Source: an uncultured bacterium (GTDB lineage: Bacteria; Auribacterota; Erginobacteria; Erginobacterales; Erginobacteraceae). Taken from it: DNA of 64,000 nucleotides. The notes under the pieces were generated by a model. That model searched no databases and was not told the origin of the DNA. It was given only the letters and a program-made list of their open reading frames with translations. Positions 12,095-21,804 of the stretch are shown piece by piece; position 1 is the first letter of the stretch; the number at the start of each line of letters is the position of its first letter. The DNA is taken from assembly GCA_963822585.1 (NCBI GenBank), contig CAWGIE010000031.1:288001-352000 (forward strand), in the 5' to 3' direction. The translations under genes and the position numbers were made by a program.

Positions 12095-13111
12095 ATGGCA
12101 ACACAGAACATAACCACCAACCCTGTCTTTTCCGTCATCATCCCCAATTATAACGGGAAGGCGACGCTGGGGGAAGCGCTGACCGGGATCTTCGATACCG
12201 GATACCCCGGATGTGAGGTGATCGTCGTTGACGATGGATCGACCGACGGATCATGGGAAATCATCCGGGACTTCCCGGCGCGGCTGATTACTCACGGGAT
12301 TTCGCGGGGGGCGGCGGCGGCACGGAACACCGGTGCTGAAACCGCCCGGGGGAACTTCCTCCTCTTCATCGACAATGACGTCGTGATCCCGCCGGACACA
12401 TTCCAGCTCATCGAGGAGAAATTCAAAGATCCGGAGATCAGCGGCGTGATCGGCCTGCTCCGCCCCACTACCCGGTATGAGAATATCTGCAGCCAGTACA
12501 AAAACTTCTACATGCACTATACCTACCTAAAGCTCCCCGCTCTGGTCACGGTTTTTTATACCAGTATCGCCGCGGTCAGAAGAGAGGTCTTCGCAGCATG
12601 CGGCGGTTTCGATACCGCTTACCGCGCCGCCACCATCGAGGACATGGAATTCGGCATCCGGATGACGGGCCGGGGATACCGCATCCTGATCGAGAAGAAA
12701 CTCCAGGTCGATCATATCCGGCATTACACGCTGGCGGGATTACTCAAGACCGGCTTTCGCCGGGCGGCCGGCCTGGCCAGGATAGCCCTTCGGGACCGCC
12801 TGAGTCGAAAAGAAAAAAGTTCCTACGTGACCACCAGCCCGGCTTTCCTGGCCGGAATTGCCCTCTCTTTTCTGGCAACATTTTTTCTCTTGCTTTCCCT
12901 GCTCTTAGCCGGCTGGCTCTGGCCGGTGCTCTTCGGAGCGAGCTATCTGGCAATCGTCCTTCTCAATTACGGCTTCCTGACCGGATTGTCCCGCAATACG
13001 ACTTTGCTTTACTTCTGGTTGGGTGCGATCTTGATTTACATCGACCTTCTGACGCATGGCCTGGGCATTATCTGGGGGCTTCTCTCTTTCCTGGGGGGAA
13101 AAAAGTACTGA
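12095..13111 (+). CDS. GT2 glycosyltransferase with C-terminal TM helices
   Basis: SVIIPNYN, VVDDGSTD, ARNTGA, FIDND, ED motif. Confidence 0.9.
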   Translation: MATQNITTNPVFSVIIPNYNGKATLGEALTGIFDTGYPGCEVIVVDDGSTDGSWEIIRDFPARLITHGISRGAAAARNTGAETARGNFLLFIDNDVVIPPDTFQLIEEKFKDPEISGVIGLLRPTTRYENICSQYKNFYMHYTYLKLPALVTVFYTSIAAVRREVFAACGGFDTAYRAATIEDMEFGIRMTGRGYRILIEKKLQVDHIRHYTLAGLLKTGFRRAAGLARIALRDRLSRKEKSSYVTTSPAFLAGIALSFLATFFLLLSLLLAGWLWPVLFGASYLAIVLLNYGFLTGLSRNTTLLYFWLGAILIYIDLLTHGLGIIWGLLSFLGGKKY

Positions 13112-13174
13112 TCCCGGCCGGGAAGGATCGTTATTTGCAACCCGAGGGTATTTCCTCACAGTCAGGCTAGGCTT

Positions 13175-14641
13175 ATGAATTCAAAAGTTGAATCGGGCCG
13201 GAATCTCAGGGGAACATCCCTGATCCTGGTGGCCAAGATCTGGTTCGTGGTTGCCAGTTACGGTATCGCCGCCGGTCTCTCCCGCTTGCTGGGGGTGGCT
13301 GGTTACGGGAACTATGGGTTGATCGTGGCGGCGGTTACCGTTATCAACATGTGTTTTATCAAGGGGACGCTCCAGGCGGTCTCCAAGTTTGTTTCGGAAA
13401 ATCCCGCCCATGGTCCGGCGATACTAAAACGGGCGCTGCTGATCCAGGTCTGGATGGGAGGGGCGACTTTCCTCCTCTTTTTTCTCCTGGCACCCCTGAT
13501 TGCCCGTCTCCTGAAATCCCCGGGTCTCACTCCTTATCTGCGAATCGCCTCGCTGATAATTCTTTTCTACTCATTCTACTCGATTTTCATAGGGGTTTTA
13601 AACGGGCAGAGGCGTTTCACCGTTCAGGCAACCTTGGACATCTCATACTCCACACTCAAACTCGCTCTTTTACTGATCCTGGCTTATTTCTTCTCTCTGC
13701 GGGGGGCGATCTGGGGTTTTGCGCTGGCGGCCGGGATCGTGATGGCCGGATCGGCGCTCGTGGTCGGATGGCGCCGCCCGGAGGGGGATTTCCCGGCTAA
13801 AAAACTGATCGCCTTCTTTCTCCCGGTGATGTCCCTGACCTTCGTCATCCACCTGGTTATGCATCTTGACCTCTTTTTTCTCAAGGCTTTGGCCGTCACC
13901 GGCGGGATAAGCCCGGCCATCTACGCCGGCTGGTATACCGCCGATCTCACCTTCGCCCGCCTTCCGTTCATGATCGTGGTCTCCGCTTTTTCCCTGGTTA
14001 TCTTTCCCTTCGTTTCCCGTTCCACTTTCGATGCCGACCGGGAAAGCACCGCCCGTTATATCCGCCAGGGAATGCGGCTGACGTATCTGCTAACGATGCT
14101 GGGTACGGTATTAATCGCATCGTCGCCGGAGGCGACCCTCCGGTTGATCTACGGTCCCGCCTATGCGCCGGGGGCGGTTCCTCTGGCCTGGATCTGCGGC
14201 GGGTATCTGTTCTTTTCCCTCTTCATGATGATCCTGATCGTCATTTCTTCAAGCGGACACCCCCTGCATTCGCTTCTGATTACGATTGGCGTTTTTCTTA
14301 TCCAGGCGACGGCTCTCTACATATTAGTTCCCCGCTATACCATCCTGGGCGCGGCCTGGGGGAGCAGCCTGGCCTTCCTGGCCGGGATGGTAATCGGAGG
14401 TTATTATCTGATTCGCCGCCTGGGGGCGTTTTTGGAAATGAAAACCTTTCTCCGGATCACCGGGGCCGGGGGGATTGTCTTTGCCCTCTCCCGCCTCCTC
14501 CCCGCCGGAGGGCTGCTTTTGCTGGTGAAGGACATTCTTCTGGCTGTTCTCTTCATCCTGATCCTCCTCGTTCTCAAGGAAGTGAGGAAAAAGGATTGGA
14601 AGATGCTCCTGGCCACCCTTCCGGCGAGAAAAAGAATTTAG
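13175..14641 (+). CDS. Wzx/MurJ-superfamily oligosaccharide flippase
   Basis: 488 aa, ~12-14 TM segments, LSRLLGVAGYGNY, YTILGAAWG. Confidence 0.85.
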   Translation: MNSKVESGRNLRGTSLILVAKIWFVVASYGIAAGLSRLLGVAGYGNYGLIVAAVTVINMCFIKGTLQAVSKFVSENPAHGPAILKRALLIQVWMGGATFLLFFLLAPLIARLLKSPGLTPYLRIASLIILFYSFYSIFIGVLNGQRRFTVQATLDISYSTLKLALLLILAYFFSLRGAIWGFALAAGIVMAGSALVVGWRRPEGDFPAKKLIAFFLPVMSLTFVIHLVMHLDLFFLKALAVTGGISPAIYAGWYTADLTFARLPFMIVVSAFSLVIFPFVSRSTFDADRESTARYIRQGMRLTYLLTMLGTVLIASSPEATLRLIYGPAYAPGAVPLAWICGGYLFFSLFMMILIVISSSGHPLHSLLITIGVFLIQATALYILVPRYTILGAAWGSSLAFLAGMVIGGYYLIRRLGAFLEMKTFLRITGAGGIVFALSRLLPAGGLLLLVKDILLAVLFILILLVLKEVRKKDWKMLLATLPARKRI

Positions 14642-14815
14642 CGCTTCGCGTTAACTTTAGGTAGTCGCGCTCTTTAGGGTGCGCCAAGCTAGCGCTCCGG
14701 TTTACCGGGGCGACTACCATTTTTTTATATTTATTGTGCGCCAGAGGCGCACCCCGATGGCTACCGGGGAAATGCCGAAGCAGTGAATTAGCGTCCTTCG
14801 GCCGCTAATTCAGGT
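14640..14815. repeat. Cluster of REP-like elements (GGTAGTCGC...GCGACTACC; TTATTGTGCGCCAGAGGCGCA)
   Basis: Inverted repeat at 14660-14718. TTATTGTGCGCCAGAGGCGCA recurs in inverted orientation at ~41444-41464. Confidence 0.65.
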
Positions 14816-14951
14816 GGTAACTTTTAACTGAAGTGACGGGATGAAAGAACGCCGGGAAGCCGTCTTTCCATTACTCCATTACTCCATCACTCCATCACTC
14901 CATTTTGTATTCACTGCGGCTTCATTCACCGGATAACCATGGAGCAAGGTC

Positions 14952-16211
14952 ATGTCCTCCCCCGGCCCGAGAATCGCTTTCCTGACCAGCTCCTTCCCCC
15001 GTTCCCCGCGCGATCCCACCGTGGAATATCTTTACCGGCTCGCCCGGAAATTGATCCGGGAACTCAACGCGAAGATAACGGTCATAGTCCCTGCCGATAT
15101 CCTGCCTCACGAATTCCCTCCGGAAAACGGCCTGACCATAAAACCTTTCCGCTATTTCCTCCCCGCCCGGCGCCAGCGCCTGGCCTACGGGAGCGGGATG
15201 CCGGACAACCTGCGGACCGGTTTTCTTCCTCTCATCCAGGTTCCCCTCCTCATGATCGCCTTTCTCATCGCGGGCTGGCGGAGTGTCCGGTGTTCGGACC
15301 TGATTTACGCTCACTGGCTGGTGCCGTCCGGGTTGGTCGGCGCGCTTCTCTCCCGGGGGCTGAGAAAAGAGATGATCCTGAGCATCCATTCCGGCGGCCT
15401 CCACTTTCTCCGCCGTTTTCCCGGCGGGGGCCGATTGGCCGGGTTTATCTGCTCTTCGGCGCGGAGGATCACGGTAACCTGCCGCGAGCAGAAATCCCTC
15501 CTCCTGCAGTTGTTGCCGATGAAATTACGTGATGAGATCCGGCCCCGGATAACAGTTGCTCCGATGGGGATAGAATGGAAAGAATATCAGGACGGCCCCG
15601 ATAAGCTCCAAGCGCACCGGCGGGTTCAGATATTCACTCCTTTCGTGGTTGTCTTCCTGGGACGATTGGTACCGGTCAAGGGGGTCCGGGTTCTGATTGG
15701 AGCCCTGGCCGGGCGATCTGACGTTACCCTCCTCATACTGGGAGACGGGAGAGAACGGGCCGCACTGGAGCGATACGCCCGGGAACTGAACGTGGCGACA
15801 CGGTTTACCGGACCGGTCGGGCGAAGTAAGAAGATTGAATATCTCCGGCTCTCCGATATAATGGTCCAGCCTTCCCTGGTTTTAAAAGGCGGCGCGACCG
15901 AGGGCGTCCCGGTCTCCCTTCTGGAAGGAATGGCGGCCGGGTTGCCCGTGATCGCCTCCCGGGCCGGCGGGATCCCGGACGTTATCGATGACGGGCTTGA
16001 CGGTTTTCTGGTCCAACCCGGGGATCGGGAGCAGCTCCGGGACAAGATTCATCTCCTGCTAAACGACCCGGGATTGAGGAGGCGGATGGGAGAGGAAGCT
16101 CGGGAAAAGGCACAGGCATATGACTGGGGGAAAATAATCCCCGTCATTGGCAGCCTTTTTCACGGTCTGGCCCCGCATTTAACTGAATCTAAGGAGATCG
16201 TAACACGATAA
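14952..16211 (+). CDS. GT4 glycosyltransferase
   Basis: FLGRLVPVKG, EGVPVSLLEGMAAGLPVI. Confidence 0.9.
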   Translation: MSSPGPRIAFLTSSFPRSPRDPTVEYLYRLARKLIRELNAKITVIVPADILPHEFPPENGLTIKPFRYFLPARRQRLAYGSGMPDNLRTGFLPLIQVPLLMIAFLIAGWRSVRCSDLIYAHWLVPSGLVGALLSRGLRKEMILSIHSGGLHFLRRFPGGGRLAGFICSSARRITVTCREQKSLLLQLLPMKLRDEIRPRITVAPMGIEWKEYQDGPDKLQAHRRVQIFTPFVVVFLGRLVPVKGVRVLIGALAGRSDVTLLILGDGRERAALERYARELNVATRFTGPVGRSKKIEYLRLSDIMVQPSLVLKGGATEGVPVSLLEGMAAGLPVIASRAGGIPDVIDDGLDGFLVQPGDREQLRDKIHLLLNDPGLRRRMGEEAREKAQAYDWGKIIPVIGSLFHGLAPHLTESKEIVTR

Positions 16212-16332
16212 AATAACGATACGGTGGATAGCCGGGAGTGCCCGTTTTCCACTACTCCATCATTCCACTATTCCATCACTCCATTTCTACTGAGTTAATG
16301 TAAAAACGACGTGACGATGTCTTTCCAAGCTG

Positions 16333-17460
16333 ATGAATCAGTCAAATGACACTGCCGTCCTGATCGTCTCCAAGCCCCTGGTCCCTCCCTGGAATGACAG
16401 CAGCAAGAACCTGGCGATGGGGATCGTCACTCACGCCCGCCAGACCGGGTTTCATGTCCTGACCACGCCGGGGTACCCTCTCCCCGCTCCCGGCGTCGTC
16501 AGCGAACCGGTCTACCGGACGGCGGGTGATTACTCCCCTTCCCTCTTTCAGAATGTCCGGGTCCTTCGTCGCCTGGCTCGGCCGGACCGGAATATCGGGA
16601 TCTACCATTTCTTCTTCGCCCCCAACCCTCTCACCTCATCCGTCTGCCGCTGGATCATGCGGCTGAAAAAACAGGCGACGATCCAGACGGTCTGCAGCCC
16701 TCCCCGGGATTACGACAACCTCTCCCGCCTGATCTTCACCGATTTCACCGTGGTCCTTTCCGACTATCACCTGAACATCTTTCGCCGGGAGGGGATAAAG
16801 AATGTGATCAGGATTTACCCGGGCGTGGAGATCCCGGAAAAGATATCTCTCCCCGAAAACCCGCTCCGGGAACGGCTGGGGATAACCGACGAAAAAGTCC
16901 TGCTGTATCCCGGAGATTACGAGTTTTCCAGAGGGCATGAGATTATACTGGAAATACTCCCGCGCCTGGTGAAGGAATCACCGCGACTGAAACTGCTCTT
17001 CGCCTGCCGGCCGAAGACGCCCGCATCGGTTAAGATTGAAGCCGCGGTCAAACAACGCCTACGGGAAATGGGCTGTGGGTCACGGGTTGTCTTTCTGGGG
17101 CACGTTGACCGCATGGCCGAACTCTACGATCTGACCACGATCTGCCTTTTCCCCGTCCGGTCGCTCTATAAAAAGATGGATCTCCCCCTCACTCTGCTCG
17201 AGTGCCTGGCCTGGGGGATCCCGGTCATTGCCAGCGACATTCCTCCACTTAATGAGATGGTGAACGGCCGGGGCGGCCGCGCCGTCCGCCCGGATGATCC
17301 CGGCGACGTGACCGCGGCGGTGCGGAGTTTCCTGAGCAACCCGGCGTTAACCCGCGAATACGGTGAGAACGGCAGAAAACTGGCCCGGGAGAAGTTCGAT
17401 ATTGTCAAAACAGCCGAACATTATGAAACACTCTATAAGAAGATGGAGGAAGCCCGTTGA
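16333..17460 (+). CDS. GT4 glycosyltransferase
   Basis: PLTLLECLAWGIPVIASD, GT-B C-terminal domain. Confidence 0.85.
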   Translation: MNQSNDTAVLIVSKPLVPPWNDSSKNLAMGIVTHARQTGFHVLTTPGYPLPAPGVVSEPVYRTAGDYSPSLFQNVRVLRRLARPDRNIGIYHFFFAPNPLTSSVCRWIMRLKKQATIQTVCSPPRDYDNLSRLIFTDFTVVLSDYHLNIFRREGIKNVIRIYPGVEIPEKISLPENPLRERLGITDEKVLLYPGDYEFSRGHEIILEILPRLVKESPRLKLLFACRPKTPASVKIEAAVKQRLREMGCGSRVVFLGHVDRMAELYDLTTICLFPVRSLYKKMDLPLTLLECLAWGIPVIASDIPPLNEMVNGRGGRAVRPDDPGDVTAAVRSFLSNPALTREYGENGRKLAREKFDIVKTAEHYETLYKKMEEAR

Positions 17461-18173
17461 AAAACGCCCAAGAATATTACGACCGTTTTTCGTCCGGATA
17501 CGACCGGCGACGGGATAAAGGATACCATGCTCTTCTGGACGAACTGGAGGCCGGGTTCGTCCGGGAACAGGTTCACGGGCGGCTGATCCTCGATGCCGGG
17601 TGCGGCACCGGGCTGATCGCCCGGCGCCTGGAGAGGGATTATCATCACATTGTCGGAACGGACCTCTCCTTCGGGATGCTCCGGAAGGCCCGCGAGCGCT
17701 GCCAGCGAGTTATTCAGGCGGATCTGGCGTCCCTTCCATTCAAAGATGAGGCCTTTGATGGTTTGTTCTCCTTTAAAGTTCTGGCGCACATTCCCTATCT
17801 TAAAGAAGCAATGGAAGAATTTAAGCGGGTGGTGAAACCGGGGGGGATTCTGATCCTGGAATTCTACAATCCGGCCAGCATTCGAGGACTGAAAAAAACA
17901 TTCCAGATCAAGCACAAGGTGGCATCCGATGCCGATGAGACGGAAGTATACACCGCGTTCCACACGCTCGGCCGGATCAAGAAGATATTGCCCCGGGGGT
18001 TGGAACTCGAGGCCGTCCGGGGGATAATGATCTTCACCCCCCTGGCGATCGTTCACCGGCTGCCTCTGATCGGTCCGTTGTTCAGGTTCCTGGAGAGAAA
18101 ATGCTGTGACGGTATTTTAAAACGGTTCGGGGGGTTTCTGGACGTGGTGGTGAGGAAACCATTGTCAAAATAA
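17457..18173 (+). CDS. Class I SAM-dependent methyltransferase
   Basis: ILDAGCGTG, LPFKDEAFD, RVVKPGG; overlaps the upstream stop. Confidence 0.9.
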   Translation: MKNAQEYYDRFSSGYDRRRDKGYHALLDELEAGFVREQVHGRLILDAGCGTGLIARRLERDYHHIVGTDLSFGMLRKARERCQRVIQADLASLPFKDEAFDGLFSFKVLAHIPYLKEAMEEFKRVVKPGGILILEFYNPASIRGLKKTFQIKHKVASDADETEVYTAFHTLGRIKKILPRGLELEAVRGIMIFTPLAIVHRLPLIGPLFRFLERKCCDGILKRFGGFLDVVVRKPLSK

Positions 18174-18284
18174 TTCCGTAACGGTTAGGGATAAAATCCG
18201 GTTGCGGGACAGCGGCTAATTACAATAACCGGGTTTTACATGTATCAGCATGGAATTATATAAAAATCTCATGAATAATCAGGG

Positions 18285-20381
18285 TTACATATAGCCCAAA
18301 GCCCTGATCTGATCCCGAGTCTCCCGATCCGGTTCGACTGCAGGGGTGGTGATATTTTTCCTACCGAAACGCTCGCGAAAATTATCGAGTTTTTTTCTCA
18401 GGATTTCCATCATCTCCGTCTTTTGACGCAAGAGGTTATTTATCTCGCCGGGATCGACTTTCAGATCATAGAGCTCTTCTTCCCCGTCACGTTTGATGCC
18501 CCGGAGGGGAGACTTCCCGGTCCTGATGTATTTCCACCTACCGGCCTTGATAACCCCCCAAATAATGGCTGAACCGTTGAAATTCTCCAGGTCAAAATAA
18601 AGATCGCTATCCTTTGCCGCGATGGGCTCATTCTCCTTTATCATCCCCATCAAACTTACTCCGGCCGCCGCCGGGTCGGGGTGGAGATTCATGAGGTCCA
18701 GCAGAGTCGGGAGAATATCCAGAGTGCTCACAGGCGAGGAGATCGCCAGTGCCGGGGGGCAGGATGGGCATTTAATGATCAGGGGTACGCGCAGCTGGTC
18801 CTGATAGATCGTATGACCATGGCCGAAATCCCCGTGCTCACCGAATGCCTCGCCATGATCGGCAGTGACCAGGATTACTGTCCGCTGGTAAATTCCGAGA
18901 GCTTTCAACCGTTCGAGCAGTTCCCCGACGGCATTATCCACAAATCGTATTTCTCCATCGTAGAGCGAGACCGTCCGCGAAACTTCATTCCCGGAAACAG
19001 CCGGGAACATCTCCCGGTACTTGCCGGGGGGGTTATAGGGGGCATGGGGATCCATATAATGAATATACGCGAAGAAATCACTATCCTTCTCTCTTTCCAA
19101 CCAGGAGAATACTTTCCGGTTCACCAGGTTGGCCCGGTCCCGGTCGGTTAGATTGAAGTTCTTCCCGGAGAAGGCACGAAGAAGAGGATAGAATACCAGT
19201 TGCCTGATGGCAATCTCGTAAATTTTATCACGGGTTAAGCTGTCATCGAAGAGATCAAAACCCTGGTTAAAATTATAGATCGATTTAAGGTGAGGGTTAG
19301 TTATGAAACCAGCGGTGGTCCATCCTGCTGCCCGGAGCAATTCAGCCAAGGTAACAACCTCTCCCGGCAGGCTATCTCCTGCCCGAACAGCGCCGTGAAC
19401 ACCGGGGTAGAGGGACGTCATCAGCGAGGCCACAGAGGGCTTGGTCCATGAAACGGGGGCGTAGCACTCCTCAAAACGGATTCCTTCGTTGGCGAGGGCG
19501 TCAAGATGGGGGGTGGTTTCCCGGGGATAACCGTAGCAGCCAAGATGATCGGCCCGAAGCGCATCGATTACGATAAGAATCAGATTCATCTTTTTCCCAT
19601 TGCGGATAGGCCGGGCGGGATTGGTGTTTGTGCCGCTTTGCTCTTCTTTTATCAGGCCGGCGATGGCCGTGAGGGCAATAATAACGCCGAGCAAAAAAGC
19701 GGGGATTAAAACCCACTGCAATCGTCTATCAGCCCTCATCTTCCGATACGATATCGTGCGAAGTAAACTAAACATGAGCACCCCCAAACCGAGGGAACTT
19801 CCCAATCCCAGAATCCAGCCAGGCAAATTTTTTTCCGTCAGGGGAGTAAAAAAAGCCGCGTCCAGTAGAAAAAAGGCGCCGCGGAAGATGAAAATCCCTC
19901 CCAATGCAGACAGGGTGAATATTCGCAATTGATACGGTTCCCGTTCCCTCAATATCCGTATGATCAGCAACGTCAATACTCCCAGCATGAAAGCATAGAC
20001 GATGATGACCACAAAACCCGGTATCACCCTGACAAGGAGAAGTCTCGATCTGACCAACCAGCAATAATAAATAATCGTCGCACTCCAGAGAGATATTATC
20101 TTCATCCGGAGGGAAGCTTCCTGAGTAAAAAGGCGGGGAAGAATCTCCCTGAGGGCGGCAAGAATAATCAAATACAGGGTAACAGCGCCGCACACAAAAA
20201 GAAAAACGAAGAAGAGAGCATAATTTAAAAGCAGAACCCTCTCGATCCCCGAGAGAGAGCCGCGGTCAACGAAATCTCCCAGATTGGAAAATGCCAAGAG
20301 GTCGAACAATCGCAGCAATGCAAGCATCAGGGAGAGCGCTGGCACCGTCATCCAGCTCGCATATTTCATCTTCTTTTTCAC
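18285..20381 (-). CDS. Membrane-anchored sulfatase-fold (alkaline phosphatase superfamily) hydrolase/transferase
   Basis: ~7 N-terminal TM helices; NLILIVIDALRADH, SWTKPS, HYMDPH, TADHGE, ELYDL..DPGE. Confidence 0.85.
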   Translation of the reverse strand: MKKKMKYASWMTVPALSLMLALLRLFDLLAFSNLGDFVDRGSLSGIERVLLLNYALFFVFLFVCGAVTLYLIILAALREILPRLFTQEASLRMKIISLWSATIIYYCWLVRSRLLLVRVIPGFVVIIVYAFMLGVLTLLIIRILREREPYQLRIFTLSALGGIFIFRGAFFLLDAAFFTPLTEKNLPGWILGLGSSLGLGVLMFSLLRTISYRKMRADRRLQWVLIPAFLLGVIIALTAIAGLIKEEQSGTNTNPARPIRNGKKMNLILIVIDALRADHLGCYGYPRETTPHLDALANEGIRFEECYAPVSWTKPSVASLMTSLYPGVHGAVRAGDSLPGEVVTLAELLRAAGWTTAGFITNPHLKSIYNFNQGFDLFDDSLTRDKIYEIAIRQLVFYPLLRAFSGKNFNLTDRDRANLVNRKVFSWLEREKDSDFFAYIHYMDPHAPYNPPGKYREMFPAVSGNEVSRTVSLYDGEIRFVDNAVGELLERLKALGIYQRTVILVTADHGEAFGEHGDFGHGHTIYQDQLRVPLIIKCPSCPPALAISSPVSTLDILPTLLDLMNLHPDPAAAGVSLMGMIKENEPIAAKDSDLYFDLENFNGSAIIWGVIKAGRWKYIRTGKSPLRGIKRDGEEELYDLKVDPGEINNLLRQKTEMMEILRKKLDNFRERFGRKNITTPAVEPDRETRDQIRALGYM

Positions 20382-20490
20382 CGGAGTTATTATATACTGT
20401 TAGAGAGAAGGCTCAAGGCGCTTTTCCTGCCTATAACCCGGAAAAGGGAAGGTCTCCGGATAGAAGCGGGAGATCGATTCTCGGCGAGAG

Positions 20491-21804
20491 ATGAGGGAGA
20501 CTCGGAAGAATTTGAAAAATTATCGGGGATTCATATTAGTGATGATCCTGACCCTGGCTTTTACCGGCAGAGTTGTATATGGATTCGTAGCCCAGACGCG
20601 GTTAAACGGACTTGTTATCTCCGACATGCGCACCTATGACCTCCTGGCTAAAAACCTGATCGAGGAGAACATCTACGGGTTCCGGGAAGGCCCCTGGCGG
20701 TCGTATCGTCCGCCCCTCTATCCCTTCTTTCTCAGTATTGTCTACCGGGTCGCCGGTTACCGCTTCATCGCCGTCCGCATCATCCAGGCGGCTCTAGCCG
20801 TACTCTCCAGCCTCCTATTATACCTGCTGGCTCGGGAATTGGCGGGAACGGCAATCGCTCTGGTGGCGAGCTTTTTCTTCGCCGCCGACTTCTCGCTCAT
20901 CCACCTCTCCGGACTCCTCCTCTCCGAAAACCTTTATCTGCCATTGAGTTTGGTCGTCCTCCTCCTGCTGGAGAGGGGATACAGTGGCAGGCAGTGGGCC
21001 CCTTTTATCGGCGCCGGGGTAGCGGGCGGATTGGCGGCGCTCTGCCGCCCAACCATCCTGCCTTTCCTCTTCCTCTCGTTCCTGGTGCCGATCACAGGGG
21101 CGCTGGCCGCACCCCTTCCCGGTAGGGACCGGGATACGGTGTGCCCGGTTCCGGGTTCGGCGCTGCCCCGGCGCAGGCTAAAGCCTGCGACTACCAACCA
21201 GTCGGGGATCAAACAGGCGCAAACGCTGAAACGCGGACTGGCCGGCTGGCTGCTCATGCTTCTCTTTGCCGCCGCGACCATCGCCCCCTGGACGGCGCGG
21301 AACTGGCGGATCCACCATGCCTTCGTCCCGATCTCCACCAATGCCGGCTCCATGCTCTGGATGGGGCTCCACCACGGGGCAAACGGCGGATACGACTGGC
21401 CCCGGGAGAATAATCCCCTGCTGGCGATATCGAGCGAAGTGGAGCGTAACCGGATCGGTATCCGGGAATCGATCACATTCATTTTCAATCATCCCGGAGA
21501 ATTCGCGAGGCTGGCGGTGATCAAGATGAAACTGTTCTGGAGGGGGTATCTTTTCACCTGGAGCGGCCGGCAGTGGGCCGTGATCGGTTTATGCGGACTG
21601 GCGGGACTGCTGCTTTCATTGAAGGATTGGAGAACGTGGCTGCTGCTTTACCTCTACCTGCTCTCCTTCACCGGAATCCATCTCTTCGTACACAGCAGCT
21701 ACCGCTATCGCCTTCCCCTCAATCCTCTGCTGGAGATCTGGGCGGCGTTCTTCCTGGTCCGGCTCGGCAGCATGATCCGGGCGGCCTTATCATACCGGCG
21801 ATGA
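20491..21804 (+). CDS. GT-C membrane glycosyltransferase (ArnT/PMT_2-like)
   Basis: YRPPLYPFFL, LLSENLY, ALCRP, PWTARN, RYRLP. Confidence 0.8.
   Translation: MRETRKNLKNYRGFILVMILTLAFTGRVVYGFVAQTRLNGLVISDMRTYDLLAKNLIEENIYGFREGPWRSYRPPLYPFFLSIVYRVAGYRFIAVRIIQAALAVLSSLLLYLLARELAGTAIALVASFFFAADFSLIHLSGLLLSENLYLPLSLVVLLLLERGYSGRQWAPFIGAGVAGGLAALCRPTILPFLFLSFLVPITGALAAPLPGRDRDTVCPVPGSALPRRRLKPATTNQSGIKQAQTLKRGLAGWLLMLLFAAATIAPWTARNWRIHHAFVPISTNAGSMLWMGLHHGANGGYDWPRENNPLLAISSEVERNRIGIRESITFIFNHPGEFARLAVIKMKLFWRGYLFTWSGRQWAVIGLCGLAGLLLSLKDWRTWLLLYLYLLSFTGIHLFVHSSYRYRLPLNPLLEIWAAFFLVRLGSMIRAALSYRR

Noticed and set aside
21573..21800. Track starts at 21573, 33351, 57612 and 60620
   Set aside because: They overlap upstream genes or repeat elements; ATGA-coupled or later starts (21801, 33558, 57567, 60557) fit better.
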